Source: an uncultured delta proteobacterium
GTDB taxonomy: Bacteria > Myxococcota_A > Polyangia > Polyangiales > Polyangiaceae
Length of the DNA stretch: 64,000 bases
Reading direction: 5' to 3'
Assembly: GCA_963841435.1 (NCBI GenBank)
Contig: CAWJCS010000006.1
Coordinates: 768,001 to 832,000, forward strand
Shown here: in pieces, positions 42,113 through 53,469 of the stretch
Layout of the letters: each line of letters begins with the position of its first letter
Position numbering within the stretch: the first letter of the stretch is position 1
Translations under genes and position numbers: made by a program
The notes under the pieces: generated by a model
The model's database searches: none
Seen by the model: the letters and a program-made list of their open reading frames with translations, nothing else
Told to the model about the DNA's origin: nothing

Positions 42113-43015
42113 GCGACACCACGGCGAGCTTGCGCCGGAAGATCACGAGTGCCGGGGACCTTCAGTCCGTGGTCCGTACGATGAAGACCCTGGCCGCTTC
42201 GAGCATTGGGCAATACGAAAAATCAGTCGCCGCGCTCGCGGACTACTATCGGACGGTCGAGCTGGGGCTTGGAGCCTGCTTTCGCGACATCGAGTCTGTC
42301 GCGCCGCAGTCGGACCCAACAGAGCGAAGCCGCGGCCGTACGATCGGTGCCGTCGTCTTCGGTTCCGATCAGGGCCTGGTCGGTCAGTTCAACGAGGTGG
42401 TGACGGAGCTCGCGATCAAGACGCTAGAATGCATGCCCGGCGAGCATCGAGTCTGGGCCGTCGGTGAGAGAGTTCAAGCGCGCCTTTCGGACGCGGGTCT
42501 AACCCCGATGAAGCTTTTCGCCGTTCCGAATTCCGTCAAAGGCATCACTCCGCTCGTCGGGCAGATTCTCCTGGAGAGCGAGACGCGGACCGGCGCACGC
42601 GAGGTGACGGAGCTTCATCTCTTTTACAACCGCCCGAACGCCGGAGCCGCCTATGTGCCCGTGGAAAAGCGGTTGCTCCCGCTGGACGACGACTGGCGCC
42701 GGAAGATTTTCGAACGACCCTGGCCGACCGCAGCCTTGCCCGAGGTGATCGGTGGCACCGGGACGCTGCGCGCGCTCGTCCGCGAGTATCTATTCATCTC
42801 GCTCTTCCGCGCCTGCGCCGAATCCCTCGCGAGCGAGAACGCCAGCCGCCTCGCGGCGATGGAGCGGGCCGACAAGAACATCGACGAGTTGCTCGAGACG
42901 CTCACCGGGACCTTTCATCGTTTGCGTCAGACCGGCATCGACGAAGAACTGTTCGAACGTCATCTCTGGCTTCGAGGCCCTGTCCAAAAAGAGGGTGCCT
43001 CGCAGCGCGGGGTGA
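42109..43015 (+). CDS. atpG: N-type ATPase subunit gamma (+1 frameshift at ~42956)
   Basis: 'VVRTMK.LAA', '[11 protein letters not shown]' and '[10 protein letters not shown]'. The correction restores '[15 protein letters not shown]'. Confidence 0.93.
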
Positions 43016-43040
43016 CCCTGCAAGATCGGACCCCAAGAAC

Positions 43041-43910
43041 ATGAAACTCGACATCGATGACTTTCGGGTCGCTGCCGGCAAAAAGGTCAATCTCGACAAG
43101 TGGCCGACGCGGGTGGACCCCGTCTACGATTCGAAGGAGGAGTACAAAAAGTGCCTGCAAAAACAGGTGGAGGAGCTGAGCGCGCTGCAGCGGCTTCATT
43201 ACGCGTCCAATCGCTACGCGGTGCTCTTGATCTTTCAGGCGATGGACGCCGCCGGGAAAGACGGTGCCATCCGCCACGTGATGTCTGGCGTCAACCCGCA
43301 GGGTTGCCAAGTATTCAGCTTCAAACATCCGAGCGCCACGGAGCTCGACCACGACTTTCTGTGGCGCACCACTCGCTCGCTGCCGGAACGTGGCCGGATC
43401 GGGATCTTCAACCGGTCCTACTACGAGGAAGTGCTGATCGTGCGGGTGCATCCCGAGATCCTGCGCACCCAGAGGCTGCCGGACGAGCTCTTGGACGAGA
43501 AAACGGTGTGGCGGGGGCGCTACCGCTCGATCGTGCAGCTCGAAAAGCATCTGCGCCGGAACGGAACGCGCATCGTCAAGTTCTTCCTTCACCTCTCCGA
43601 GGAGGAACAGCGCAAGCGGTTCCTTTCCCGCATCGACGAGCCGGAGAAAAACTGGAAGTTCACCCTTGCCGACATCAAAGAGCGAGCGTTTTGGAAGGAC
43701 TACATGAAGGCCTACGAAGCCTGCCTGAGCAGCACGAGCACCAAGCATGCACCCTGGTACGTGGTGCCCGCGGACGACAAGGAGAACGCGCGCCTGATCG
43801 TCTCCGAGATTGTCGTCGAGCTATTCAAGGGGCTGAAAATGGCGTATCCGAAGCTTGCCGAGCAACGGGTGCGGGAGCTTCAGGAGATACGTCAGGGGCT
43901 CGCGAAATGA
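43041..43910 (+). CDS. ppk2: Polyphosphate kinase 2 family phosphotransferase
   Basis: '[11 protein letters not shown]', 'FNRSYYE', 'KFFLHLS' and '[11 protein letters not shown]'. Confidence 0.93.
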   Translation: MKLDIDDFRVAAGKKVNLDKWPTRVDPVYDSKEEYKKCLQKQVEELSALQRLHYASNRYAVLLIFQAMDAAGKDGAIRHVMSGVNPQGCQVFSFKHPSATELDHDFLWRTTRSLPERGRIGIFNRSYYEEVLIVRVHPEILRTQRLPDELLDEKTVWRGRYRSIVQLEKHLRRNGTRIVKFFLHLSEEEQRKRFLSRIDEPEKNWKFTLADIKERAFWKDYMKAYEACLSSTSTKHAPWYVVPADDKENARLIVSEIVVELFKGLKMAYPKLAEQRVRELQEIRQGLAK

Positions 43911-43955
43911 CTGCGCATGGCTCGAGCCAGCGCCGCGTGGTCGCTTACGAGGTGC

Positions 43956-43971
43956 TGGCTCGAGTCTTGCA
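43956..43971 (+). promoter_or_regulatory. sigma54-type promoter of the hpf-like gene
   Basis: TGGCTCGAGTCTTGCA. Confidence 0.6.
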
Positions 43972-44025
43972 ATGGAAGCGGGGGAGACCCATCGGTCGAA
44001 TCGCAACAAAAGGAAGGAACCGGTT

Positions 44026-44349
44026 GTGCACATTCAAGTCAATACCGACCACAATATCGAGGGGCACGAGCGGCTCACCGCGCACGTGAAGGGGGTGATC
44101 GAGGATTGTCTCGGCAATGCCAGCGAGCGGGTCACCCGTGTGGAGGTCCACCTCAGCGATCAGAACGCCGAGAAGCGGGGCACAAACGACAAGCGCTGCA
44201 TGATGGAAGCTCGCCTCGAGCATCACCAGCCCATCGCGGTCACGGACGAGGCCGCAACCTTGGACGAGGCCGTTCAGGGCGCCGCTGAGAAGTTGAAGAG
44301 AGCTGTCCATCACCTCCTGGCGAAGCTTCATGATGGCGATCGAGCTTGA
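44026..44349 (+). CDS. HPF/RaiA-family ribosome-associated protein
   Basis: RBS AAGGAAGG plus GTG. 'HIQVNTDHNI..VTRVEVHLSD..DKRCMMEAR..GAAEKL'. Confidence 0.88.
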   Translation: MHIQVNTDHNIEGHERLTAHVKGVIEDCLGNASERVTRVEVHLSDQNAEKRGTNDKRCMMEARLEHHQPIAVTDEAATLDEAVQGAAEKLKRAVHHLLAKLHDGDRA

Positions 44350-44399
44350 TCCAATATGAAATGAGGGGCGACTAGCCGGCTGTTTCCCACCCAATCGTG

Positions 44400-45273
44400 G
44401 GGCTCGAGGGACCGGAACACCAGGGCGCAGTCGCGCCCGTGGGACGTTCGGAGCCTCCAGGTAGCGGAGCAGCGACGCCGCCAGAGCCTGGGGCCGTTCC
44501 CAGTGCAAGAAGTGCCCGGCTCCCGGAAAGCGCTCGAGCGTGCAGTTTTCCAGCATCGAGCAGAGTGCCTCACCCTGTCGGATCGGGATGATGCGATCGT
44601 TCTCGCCCCAAAAGAGCGCGATCGCCGGCAGAGCACGGATCTCCCGCGCTCGGTCCAGCACGTTCCGCGTCTGGCCGCGCCAGTCGATGACGTCGCGCAC
44701 GGTTCGCGCGAAGGCTCGAGCCGAGCCCGGCGCGGCATTCATACGGCTCAACAGTCGCCGTTGATCGGCGGGGAGCGAGCGACCGTTCAAGAAGGTCTGG
44801 AGCCAGGTGACCGCGCGCATCCACGGTTGGCCGGCATGTTCCACCACGAACGGGAGCGCCGCCAGGCGAAGCTCGATCGCCACATCCTTACCAAGGCCGC
44901 CCGGCGCGATGAGCGCCAGCCGGCGGATCGCGTCGGGGCGATACAATAGAAGCCACAAGGCCAACCCACCGCCATACGAATGCGCCACAACGTCGCATGT
45001 CGTCACGCCGATGTGGTCGAGCCAGGCCGCGACCAGCCTGGCCTGCCAGTCGAGGCGGTAGCTCGCGTCCGGGCGTGCCGACAGTCCGCACCCGGGCAGG
45101 TCGAGCCCGAGGACGCGATGTCTCCGCCCGAGCTGAGCCATGACCGGCCACCAGGTGCGCTCCGAGTCGGCGAGGCCGTGCAGCACGACGACGGTGCTGC
45201 CCGCCCCTCGCTCCGACCAATGGAGCTCGACGCCTGCGACGGAATGGCGAAAGGAGCTGGGTTGGCTCGACAT
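44400..45273 (-). CDS. Alpha/beta hydrolase (3' end uncertain)
   Basis: 'VLHG', 'DLPGCGLS', nucleophile elbow 'AHSYGG', 'WGENDRII' and 'AGHF'. As written the frame runs on to 43945, antisense through hpf. Confidence 0.85.
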
Positions 45274-45292
45274 CAGCTGGCGGGGGCCTTCC

Positions 45293-45307
45293 GCAAGGAT
45301 CGTTCCA
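45293..45307 (-). promoter_or_regulatory. sigma54-type promoter of the hydrolase
   Basis: Minus strand TGGAACGATCCTTGC, about 20 nt before ATG 45273. Confidence 0.5.
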
Positions 45308-45463
45308 ATCGAGGCGCCCGCAGGTCCTCTGCCCTGGCCGGCGTGCGTGAGCGCGGCGCGGCTCGCATCGGCGCGCACGATGCGAGCGCACGTCCTGCAC
45401 GCCGGCCCGACCAGGCGCATCCGATGCGCGGCACGACCCCTCGGACCAGGTGCGCGGGGTAGC

Positions 45464-47177
45464 ATGGCGCCGATGAAGCCCGTCACCCCGCGTCTGGTCG
45501 TCGGGCTGCAGGACCGGCTCGTGCGGCTCCTGGGGAGCAGCGCTGACGGCCGGTCCGATCTCGTGGGCGTGATGGTCCGCAGGGATGCGAGTGAAGCAAC
45601 GTCTTACTGGCTGCAGCTCGTCGTCTCGATCGGAATCGCGACGCTCGGCCTCGTCGTCGGCAGCAGTGCCGTCGTGATCGGCGCCATGCTCGTCGCCCCG
45701 CTCATGCGGCCGATCGTCGGACTGGCCATGGGGCTCGCCTCGGGGTCGCCCTTCCTCGTCCTTCGCTCGGCGGGGCGCATCGCGCTCAGCGTGGTCGTGG
45801 GCATCGGCGGCGCCGCCTCGATCACTCTGCTCTTGCCGTTCCACGAGCTGAACGCTGAGATTTCGGGGCGAGCATCACCGACCGTCCTCGACCTGATCAC
45901 GGCGGGCTTCTGCGCGCTGGCCGGCGTGTACGCGTCGCTGCGCCCTGGCTCCGACACCGCGGCCACGGCGGCGGGGACGTCGATCGGCATCTCGCTCGTG
46001 CCGCCTCTCTGCGCTAGCGGCTACGGCCTGGGGACCGCCGCGTGGCCGATCGCGGGGGGCGCAGCGCTGCTGTTTCTGACCAACCTGGTCGCCATCGTCG
46101 CCGTCGGGACGGTCTCCTTCGTCGCGGCGGGCTTCAACCGCGTCAACGTGGTCGGTCTCGAGCGTGATGAGCTGGCTCGGGAGTCGAACGGGGTCTCCGA
46201 TCGCTCGAAGGCTCGCCCAGAGGCTCTCGCGCTTGTTCGAGTCCCGCTTGGGACCAGCGCTCCGTTTCCTGATGCCGTTCATCCTCCTCGCCTTGGTCTA
46301 CGTGCCACTCAGGCGGGCGCTCGACGAGGTCGCATGGCAGGTCCGCGTTCGCGCTGCGATTCGCGAGGCGCTCGCACGCGAACCGTCGCGCGTGGTGCAA
46401 AGTCGAGTCAGAGTCGAACGTCACGAAGTCGAGGTGGTCGTCGTGCTCCTCGGCAGCACGAAGGACGCAGACACGGCCCGCAAGCGGCTGGGTGCCGCAA
46501 TCCATCCGGTCTCTGGGGTCACACCACACCTCGAGATCTTCGCGGTTCCCGACGCTGCTTCCTTCGCCGGGCTCGAGTCGACGCTCCTCACCCCTCACGC
46601 GGTGACACAGCCCGTCACGCCCGCTCCCTCCGCCGACGAACAACTCGACGCCGCGAGGAAGAGAATTCGCGGCGTCGTCGAACGGCTATGGCCGACGACT
46701 ACGGCCGGTGAGCCACTGGTCATCAACGTCGGCACTGCCGAGACTGGGCCTTTGCGAATCCGGGTCGTGCACATCGGGCAGGCGCTGAGCACCGACGGCT
46801 CCGAAGCGCTCCGACGCGCGGTCGAGTCGGGGCTCGACCGCGAAGCACGGCTCGTCAACGTGGCGGTCCCTCCCGGAGAGCTGACCCGCGAAGGGGGAGA
46901 CCTAGCGCTCGTGGCAAAGGTCGCTTCGGCGGTTCGTGCCACCGCGGGTGTTCCCAGCATCAGCGTCTGCGTGCTTCGTCCGGAACCGCCAGCGCCCGCG
47001 AAAACTCCAGTTCCTTCGGATCTCGAGCTGGCGCGTGCCCTGGAGCAGGCCCTGGCGGCTCACCCGCGCGTCACGACCACGGCCGGCAGCTCGTGGGCCA
47101 TTCGCTTCGTGCGGGGCGAATGCGATTCCCCCACACCCGCGGACGCCGGGGTTCCCGACGCGTCTTCATCCGAGTAG
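45464..47177 (+). CDS. DUF389-family membrane protein with C-terminal soluble extension (+1 frameshift at ~46187)
   Basis: 'IATLGL..SSAVVIGAMLVAPLM.PI', 'ISLVPPL' and 'LLFLTNL'. The protein continues in ORF 46164..47177. Confidence 0.85.
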
Positions 47178-47401
47178 TGGAGCTCGCGAGGAGAGCGTCG
47201 GAAGTGCTCGTCGGTGCCCCTGACGCGCGAGGGCGATACGGGCTCGCCGTGCAGTCAACATGATGCACCCATCGTTCAATTCGATGAGGTTCGTTTTCAC
47301 GCGCACCGGGGGAGACCCCGATGTCCGGTATTTTCCCCTCGCGCGGCGTGGCGCGCCACGCCCCCCTCCGTCGTCTTCCGCAAATCCTCCGTCGCTGCGC
47401 A

Positions 47402-47417
47402 TGGCACGCCGCTTGCT
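47402..47417 (+). promoter_or_regulatory. Consensus sigma54 promoter
   Basis: TGGCACGCCGCTTGCT, 14 nt before ATG 47432. Confidence 0.75.
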
Positions 47418-47431
47418 CTGGTAGCGGTCCT

Positions 47432-47936
47432 ATGGATGGACGGAAGCTCGCGCCTGTCACCGGTCTGCTCGTCCTCCTCGTGATTTTGTTCGGCGAAAGC
47501 GCTGCGCGGGCCGAAGAGTCGAACCGTTCGCGACGTGGACCGCCATCCCCACTATTTGTTCGAGGCGGAGCCTCACGCGCTACTCGGCCTCTTCGAGCCG
47601 CGCGCCTACGGTGCCGGCTTTCGCGGAACCATCCTGCTGTCGGACTCCGGGTTCATCCCTCGCGTGAACGACACGGTTGGCCTCGGCTTCGGCTTCGATT
47701 GGACCCGCGGCACGACCTGGGTGCCGATCGTGATGCAGTGGAATTTCTGGCTCAGTGACCACTGGTCGGTCTTCGGTGAGCCGGGCATCGCGCTTCGGCT
47801 GCGTGACGCCTACCGCGACCGTGGCCCCGATCTCACCCTCTATGCGGGCGGGCGCTGGGCGTTCGCTTCTAGCGCGACGCTCACGATACGCATCGGTTAC
47901 CCCGCGCTCGCGCTAGGCATCTCTTTCCTTCTCTAG
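47432..47936 (+). CDS. Small putative outer-membrane beta-barrel protein (+1 frameshift at ~47522)
   Basis: Signal peptide 'MDGRKLAPVTGLLVLLVILFGESAARA', amphipathic aromatic strands 'MQWNFWL..WSVFGEPG' and C-terminal 'LGISFLL'. Confidence 0.7.
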
Positions 47937-48009
47937 CGCGTGTTCGCGAGCGCGCGCTGGCCCGTGCCGGTGCGCCGATCACCTCGGCTGAACGTTGGGA
48001 CCTGGCATC

Positions 48010-48225
48010 GACGAATCCGCCGACGGTGCCGGCCCAACCGCCGCTCGAGCTCCGGTTCTTGTCGACAACGTCTCCCCGGTAGATGCCCTTGTACAAGAAG
48101 AAGGCGCTCGCATCGGTGCAGCAGCTCATGTAGCCGACGAGGCCGCCTGCGTGACCATGGCCCGTCACGTTGCCGACGGCGTAGACGTCGTGGATGTCTG
48201 CGCCGTACGCGTATCCGACACAGAC
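48010..48225 (-). pseudogene. Fragment of a GLUG-motif surface protein
   Basis: 'DVYAVGNVTGHGHAGGLVGY', isolated without a start or signal peptide. Confidence 0.5.
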
Positions 48226-48453
48226 CACCGGCCACGACGGTGGCGGCCGTATTCGACGTGTCGGGGTTTCGGCACGCCACGTCGAGCGCGCGCAAGGGCA
48301 GAGGCCCGACTTGAAACCGTACGCGCGCCGACTAAGTTCCGAATGCTCGGCACGTTGCGCCCAGCCGTTCGGCGCGCAGTCTGGATCGCGTGGCGACGGG
48401 TGGGGTGAGCGCGCCTGGTACGCCGGCCGACGGCGTAGCGCGGCCCGTGCGAG

Positions 48454-49668
48454 CTACTGGGGCTCCGAGTACGAGAGGCCCATACCCGCGAAGTAGAGGC
48501 GATCGCAGGCGGTGTTCGGTTGTACCGCGAAGACCCCGCCGAGGGTCTCGAACCAGTCGAACGGGTCGCTCGTCGTCTGCCGGTAGGCGGCGCGCGCGGT
48601 TGACCGCCACGCATCCCAGTAAAACAGCGTGAGCCCGTCACTGGAGATGCCCGTCGGTCGCACGCCGAGCCCGTCGAACGCCTGAAACTCGCACGTGGCG
48701 ACCTCGCTCCCGGGCGGGAACGGCTCCGTGTCGCTGCGCACGGAGACGCGCAGGGGATGGTCGGAGCCCCCCGCGGGAGCCGCCGTGTAGAACAACGTGA
48801 GGTCGTCGGCCGACAGCACCGCGGAGCCGAGCAGAAGGTCGTTCGAAACGGCGTCTGCGTCGATGGCGCTGAATGCGCCTTCGCCGGGTGTGCCGAAAAC
48901 CCCGCTGCGAGCCCCGCGAAGTGACTCGTAGAAAAGCCCGTCATCGCCCCGCGAAAGCAGTCGGAGACCGTCGGCGCTCAGCCCGACGACGTTGGGATCA
49001 CCCAGCCGAACGGCAGTGCCGAACGCGTCGTCGCTCGTCGAGCAATCGGCCACGTACGCGACGCCCGTCGACGAGCCGGCCGCGACCCAGAGGATCGAGA
49101 GCTCGTCCGGCGTTATCGCGATGAGCGAGTCGGCGTCGCTCGAGCCGGCGCCGGCGCTCATCGCGGCACCCAGCGTTCGACCTGGCTCGCACACGCCGAA
49201 AGTCGAGGGAGGCGAGCCGGGTGACGTGTCGGAAGGGCAGTCCATACGCTCGGGAAGGCCACCGCTGCCCGAGTCTCCCGAGCTGCCGCTCTGGGTGCCG
49301 CCGCTCCCGCCGTCGCTACCCCCGGCGCCACCGCCAGCCGCTTTGCCGCCGCCGCCGTCTCCCGAGGAGGCACCGGCGCCGCCGCGACCGCCGCTGCCGC
49401 CCGAAGACTCGCTGCCGCCCGCTCCGAGGCCCGCCTCCCCCGCTGCGCCTGCGTCGTTCGCACCACTCTCGCCACCGCTGCCCCCGCTCGCGGCGGCAGT
49501 GCCCCCGAGCCCGCCCGACGAGCTACCACCCTTGCCGCCCGTGGCTCCGCTGCCGCCCTTGCCGGAGCCGCTCCCCTTGCCGGGGGGAGGCCGTTCTGCC
49601 GAGCTGGAGCAAGCCGCCGCAGCTGCGATGGCCAGTAGAAGGATCGACCCGTGACGCAGGGCGCCCAT
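48454..49668 (-). CDS. Lipoprotein with Gly/Ser stalk and PD40/WD40-like propeller
   Basis: Lipobox 'AAAAC' and repeats 'ITPDELSI', 'LSADGLRL', 'LSADDLTLFY', 'ISSDGLTLFY'. Confidence 0.75.
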   Translation of the reverse strand: MGALRHGSILLLAIAAAAACSSSAERPPPGKGSGSGKGGSGATGGKGGSSSGGLGGTAAASGGSGGESGANDAGAAGEAGLGAGGSESSGGSGGRGGAGASSGDGGGGKAAGGGAGGSDGGSGGTQSGSSGDSGSGGLPERMDCPSDTSPGSPPSTFGVCEPGRTLGAAMSAGAGSSDADSLIAITPDELSILWVAAGSSTGVAYVADCSTSDDAFGTAVRLGDPNVVGLSADGLRLLSRGDDGLFYESLRGARSGVFGTPGEGAFSAIDADAVSNDLLLGSAVLSADDLTLFYTAAPAGGSDHPLRVSVRSDTEPFPPGSEVATCEFQAFDGLGVRPTGISSDGLTLFYWDAWRSTARAAYRQTTSDPFDWFETLGGVFAVQPNTACDRLYFAGMGLSYSEPQ

Positions 49669-49669
49669 G

Positions 49670-52600
49670 TTACTCGGCCGGCAGGCAGTCGTAAATCTGA
49701 CGCCACTGGTGGAGCGTCGGGGCGGTCGAGGAGAGCGGGGGAGCAGTCGGATTCAGGGTGATCGTGATGCGCAGGTAGTCGAGCGACGCACGCGGCGGCA
49801 TCGCGGCCGCGAGCGCTTGATCGACCGTGCCAGCACGGTACCAGGTGCCGGGCCCCGTTCCACTCGCTGGCTGCGCCGTGGCGACGAGTACGGGGGTGGC
49901 CGGCAGGTAAGTCGCGGCCAACGTCGCTTTGGTCTGAGCGAGGAACTGGATGCTGGTGCCGGTCGGAACGGTCGCCTGCCACTCGAAGGTGCGCCAAGCG
50001 ACGTGCGTCCCGGTGGGACAGCTCGCCACGTACTCGCGCGTCATGCTGGCCGCAGCGTACGTGGGCGTGACGACCGGCGGCGGCACGAAGCACACGCCAC
50101 CTCCGGTCGGGCACGTGCCGGTACAACAGTCGGCCGTGACGCTGCACGCGGCACCGATCGCCGAGCACGCGCTGATGTCTTCGCACTGGCGCGTGAGCGG
50201 GGAAGCGTTGGTGATGCGGCACTGTCGCGTGGCAGACGAGCCGCTCGCGAGGCAACAATCGTCGTCGCTCGCGCACGACGCGCCGAGGCCGCCGCACGGG
50301 CTGCTCACCCAGTCCGCGTCGGAGTTGCCGGCTCCGAGCTCCTGCCCGGGGAGGTAGAAGGCGGGATGGCTCGGGTCCAAGCCCCCCAACGTCCACGTCC
50401 CGTCGATGGCGGCGACCCAGAGCTTCTTCGTGGGCGGCACGCCCGAGTAGCAGGGCTCGTTGGGCTGGGCGTCCCAGGGATCGTCGTAGGCGATGTTGCC
50501 GAACATGCGCCGCGACGTGAAGACGACCCAGGTGTAGCCGCCCGCCTGCGTCGGGGCGACGGACGGCAGGTAGTTCAGCTGGTAGTCGTTCACACCCGTG
50601 GCGTTGCCGGTGTTGCCGCAGTTATCCGACTGCGCGATCGTGAAGGAAGCGTTCGTCGCGTGGTACTTGGTTTGGGCGGGGCTCGCTAGGCGTGACGCCG
50701 TCGGCAGGTAGGTTGCGGTGCCCGCGGCGTTCACGCCGTTCAGCGCGTTGAGGCGCATGGGTATCGCCGTCGTGCTCGCGTTGGCGGGGATGCTGGAGAG
50801 CCAGATCTCCGCCAGGGCACCCGCGACCGTGTTGATGTCGGAGGGCGACCAGCCGCCCGCCAGCACGCCGCCGCCCGAGGAGCTCTGCGAAGTGCGATAC
50901 TGGCGCTGGTAAAGCAGGCCGCCGTTCGCCGTGGCGCCGTTGGGCATGAAGGCGGGCCAGGCGACCTGCTCCCCGACGCCTGGGGTCACGTCGCGCGCGT
51001 TCGTGACATTGAAGCCGCTCGACGACGAGCCACACGGCGGGGAGCTGCACGAAAAGTCCACGACGACGAGCCGCGTGCCCCCGGAAACGGCAGACATTTT
51101 TCGCGGGTTACCCGAGCACGGCGATGGCGCCGTGGTCGTGGGGGTGCACGGCAGCTTGACGCCGCTGGCGCCCCAGAAGCCGAACGCGAGCATGGTCCCG
51201 TCCGGGGCGAAGCGCGGCGTCACCGCGGAAACGTTGGTCCAGTTCGTCACCGTGAGCGCCGTGACGTTCGTTGCGTTGAGCGAGTTCCCGAGCAGGTAGA
51301 GCCGCGAGTAGTCGGGCGGCGCGCGCCAGTTGTGGTCGCCGTTCCAGGACGAATTACCGCCGTGGGTCATGTAGAGCGACCCGTTGCGGTAAGGCGCCCC
51401 GAACGTGAAGCGGTCGCCCTGGATGTCGGCGTCGGCCGGCCAGTCCGAGCCCGCGCCGTTGTCGTAGTTGTTCAGCACCGGGACGGAATAGGGGGCGACG
51501 GACGAGTTGCTGATGTCGTACCGGCGGGACTGATTGAAGGTAATGCCGCCCGTGGGCCGGGCTCCGTTGGTGATCAAGCGCGTGCCGTCGTCGTTGACGG
51601 TGTGGCAGGCCGTGCACTTCTTCGTGCCCGACGAAAGCGAGTTGGATGTCGGCTGTACGGCGACCGTCGGCGTCGTGGCGCCGGGAGAGATGCGCATGAC
51701 CGCACCGGTGTCTCCGGCCTGGGGCGAGGTGTACGAGTTGTAGAACACCGTGCCCTTGAGCTGCCCGTCGACGAAATGGATCGAGCGGCTGATCTCGCGC
51801 TCGAGCGTGCCGCCGCCCGTGCGGCGCTGCACCCAGAGGTCCGCGTTCTGGCCGCGCGCCGTCTGCTCGAAGTACTGCCAAGCCGCTTGCGGGATCTCGA
51901 TCTGAGGATCGAGGCGGCTCGCGGTGACGCCTGCGTACGTCTTCGCCGCCGTGTTCTGCTCCTGGACGATGAGCGAATAGTTGAACAGCGTGTTCGGGTC
52001 GATGGCAGTCAGCCCGGTCGGGTAGCGGAGCGATACCTTCACGGCGCCGGCGGTCGACGAGGCGGATGCCGAGCTATAGAGATATTGGATCCAGGGAGCG
52101 GGGAGCCCGAGCGGCAGGTAGGTGGCGGCGTACGGGTAGAGCCACGTGGCGCTCGAGGCGGTGCCGGGAAGGTTCGGTGAGTTGCGGCAGTTCGCGGTGA
52201 CTGTGGGCGCGCACGCGTTGGCCACCGTGGAGAAGGCATTCACCACCGCATAAGGAGAAGTCTTGGAGGCCGGCGCGTTGGGGGTTGCCGTCGCATCCGA
52301 GATCGGCGCCTCGACGACGTTCACCTTGAACAGGATGTCGGTATACGCGCTCAGGCCGAGCGCGTAGGCGGTAACCCTCACCGAGCCGGCGACGGGCACG
52401 TTGAGCGTCAGCGCCCCGTTCGTGTCGTTGCTGCCCGTGACGGTGGCGCGGTCAACCTTGTCGAGGACCCAGGTCGTGCTGAAGGGGCTCGTGAACACGC
52501 AACCCGGGGGGCCGGGGGTGAGCGTGAAGGTCACGGCGCCCGCCGGGCTCGTCGTGAGGGGCGAAAAGGCGCTCACGGTGACGGTCGACGCCGACGGCGT

Positions 52601-53200
52601 GAGCGTCAGCGACGAACAGGGGACGCCCGCGTCGCCGCTCGCGCTCAGCGTGATCCCTCCGTCGGCGTTGGCGAGACCGGGGCCCGCGTCCAGGCCGGCC
52701 GGTGTATCCGACGTGACGTTGCAATACGGATCGCAGGGATCGAACTCCACACCGGCATCCTTGGGACAGACGGCGGGGGAGCCGAGCCCCTGCGGTCGCA
52801 GGCCGCCCGATCCCGTCAACGACTTCACCGTGACACGGTCGCCCGTGCAGGCGCCCCAAGCGCTGTCCGTACAGGTGCGCGTGCCTGACTGGCACGTGAC
52901 GTAGTCGTCGAAGACCTCGGACAGGCGACCGCAATCGACCGTTTCGCCCTCGGTGTCGCAGGGGCAGCCTTCGTTCGGGGTCACGCAGCGCTCGATCTCG
53001 CCGGGCCCGCCCGCGCCGCTGCTGATGGAGACGGCGGGCACCTTGCGCTCGGCGTCTCCACACGCGACGACCATCGCAACGGAAGTGAGCGCTCCCAGGA
53101 GGAGCGCGGTGAGATAGCGGCGCGTTGCGCGGCTCGGGGCGGCGGCCTCGCGAAGCCTACGCCACGCCCTGCTCACGAACTCAGCATGCCGGGCACTCAT
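49670..53200 (-). CDS. Large Cys-rich lipoprotein with TolB-like propeller (1176 aa)
   Basis: Lipobox 'VVAC', Cys-rich ends, a CTACH motif, 'PRFAPDG', 'WVVFTSRR' and 'KKLWVAAID..DPSHPAFYLPGQ'. It ends 1 nt from the next gene. Confidence 0.75.
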   Translation of the reverse strand: MSARHAEFVSRAWRRLREAAAPSRATRRYLTALLLGALTSVAMVVACGDAERKVPAVSISSGAGGPGEIERCVTPNEGCPCDTEGETVDCGRLSEVFDDYVTCQSGTRTCTDSAWGACTGDRVTVKSLTGSGGLRPQGLGSPAVCPKDAGVEFDPCDPYCNVTSDTPAGLDAGPGLANADGGITLSASGDAGVPCSSLTLTPSASTVTVSAFSPLTTSPAGAVTFTLTPGPPGCVFTSPFSTTWVLDKVDRATVTGSNDTNGALTLNVPVAGSVRVTAYALGLSAYTDILFKVNVVEAPISDATATPNAPASKTSPYAVVNAFSTVANACAPTVTANCRNSPNLPGTASSATWLYPYAATYLPLGLPAPWIQYLYSSASASSTAGAVKVSLRYPTGLTAIDPNTLFNYSLIVQEQNTAAKTYAGVTASRLDPQIEIPQAAWQYFEQTARGQNADLWVQRRTGGGTLEREISRSIHFVDGQLKGTVFYNSYTSPQAGDTGAVMRISPGATTPTVAVQPTSNSLSSGTKKCTACHTVNDDGTRLITNGARPTGGITFNQSRRYDISNSSVAPYSVPVLNNYDNGAGSDWPADADIQGDRFTFGAPYRNGSLYMTHGGNSSWNGDHNWRAPPDYSRLYLLGNSLNATNVTALTVTNWTNVSAVTPRFAPDGTMLAFGFWGASGVKLPCTPTTTAPSPCSGNPRKMSAVSGGTRLVVVDFSCSSPPCGSSSSGFNVTNARDVTPGVGEQVAWPAFMPNGATANGGLLYQRQYRTSQSSSGGGVLAGGWSPSDINTVAGALAEIWLSSIPANASTTAIPMRLNALNGVNAAGTATYLPTASRLASPAQTKYHATNASFTIAQSDNCGNTGNATGVNDYQLNYLPSVAPTQAGGYTWVVFTSRRMFGNIAYDDPWDAQPNEPCYSGVPPTKKLWVAAIDGTWTLGGLDPSHPAFYLPGQELGAGNSDADWVSSPCGGLGASCASDDDCCLASGSSATRQCRITNASPLTRQCEDISACSAIGAACSVTADCCTGTCPTGGGVCFVPPPVVTPTYAAASMTREYVASCPTGTHVAWRTFEWQATVPTGTSIQFLAQTKATLAATYLPATPVLVATAQPASGTGPGTWYRAGTVDQALAAAMPPRASLDYLRITITLNPTAPPLSSTAPTLHQWRQIYDCLPAE

Positions 53201-53218
53201 CGACGGTAGGCGGAGGGT

Positions 53219-53232
53219 GCACGTTGCATGCC
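53219..53232 (-). promoter_or_regulatory. sigma54-type promoter
   Basis: Minus strand GGCATGCAACGTGC, 18 nt before ATG 53200. Confidence 0.5.
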
Positions 53233-53469
53233 GAAAAGGTTTTGCTCCAACCCATTGAGATTACGGAGAAAGCGGGCATCCCGTCCAGTGCTCGCAGCGC
53301 AGAATTGTCAGTCGTCCGCAAAAAGTAGCGCTCCGCCGCATGTAGGGTGATGCAGGAAGCGGTGGGAAAGCGGGGGCCTGGTTTTGGGGCAGTCGCTACA
53401 GCTCGCGACGTAGCACGGTCGATGCCCAGGGCAGCAAGTGGAGGCTGCCGCCTACCGGGCCCTGCATCT

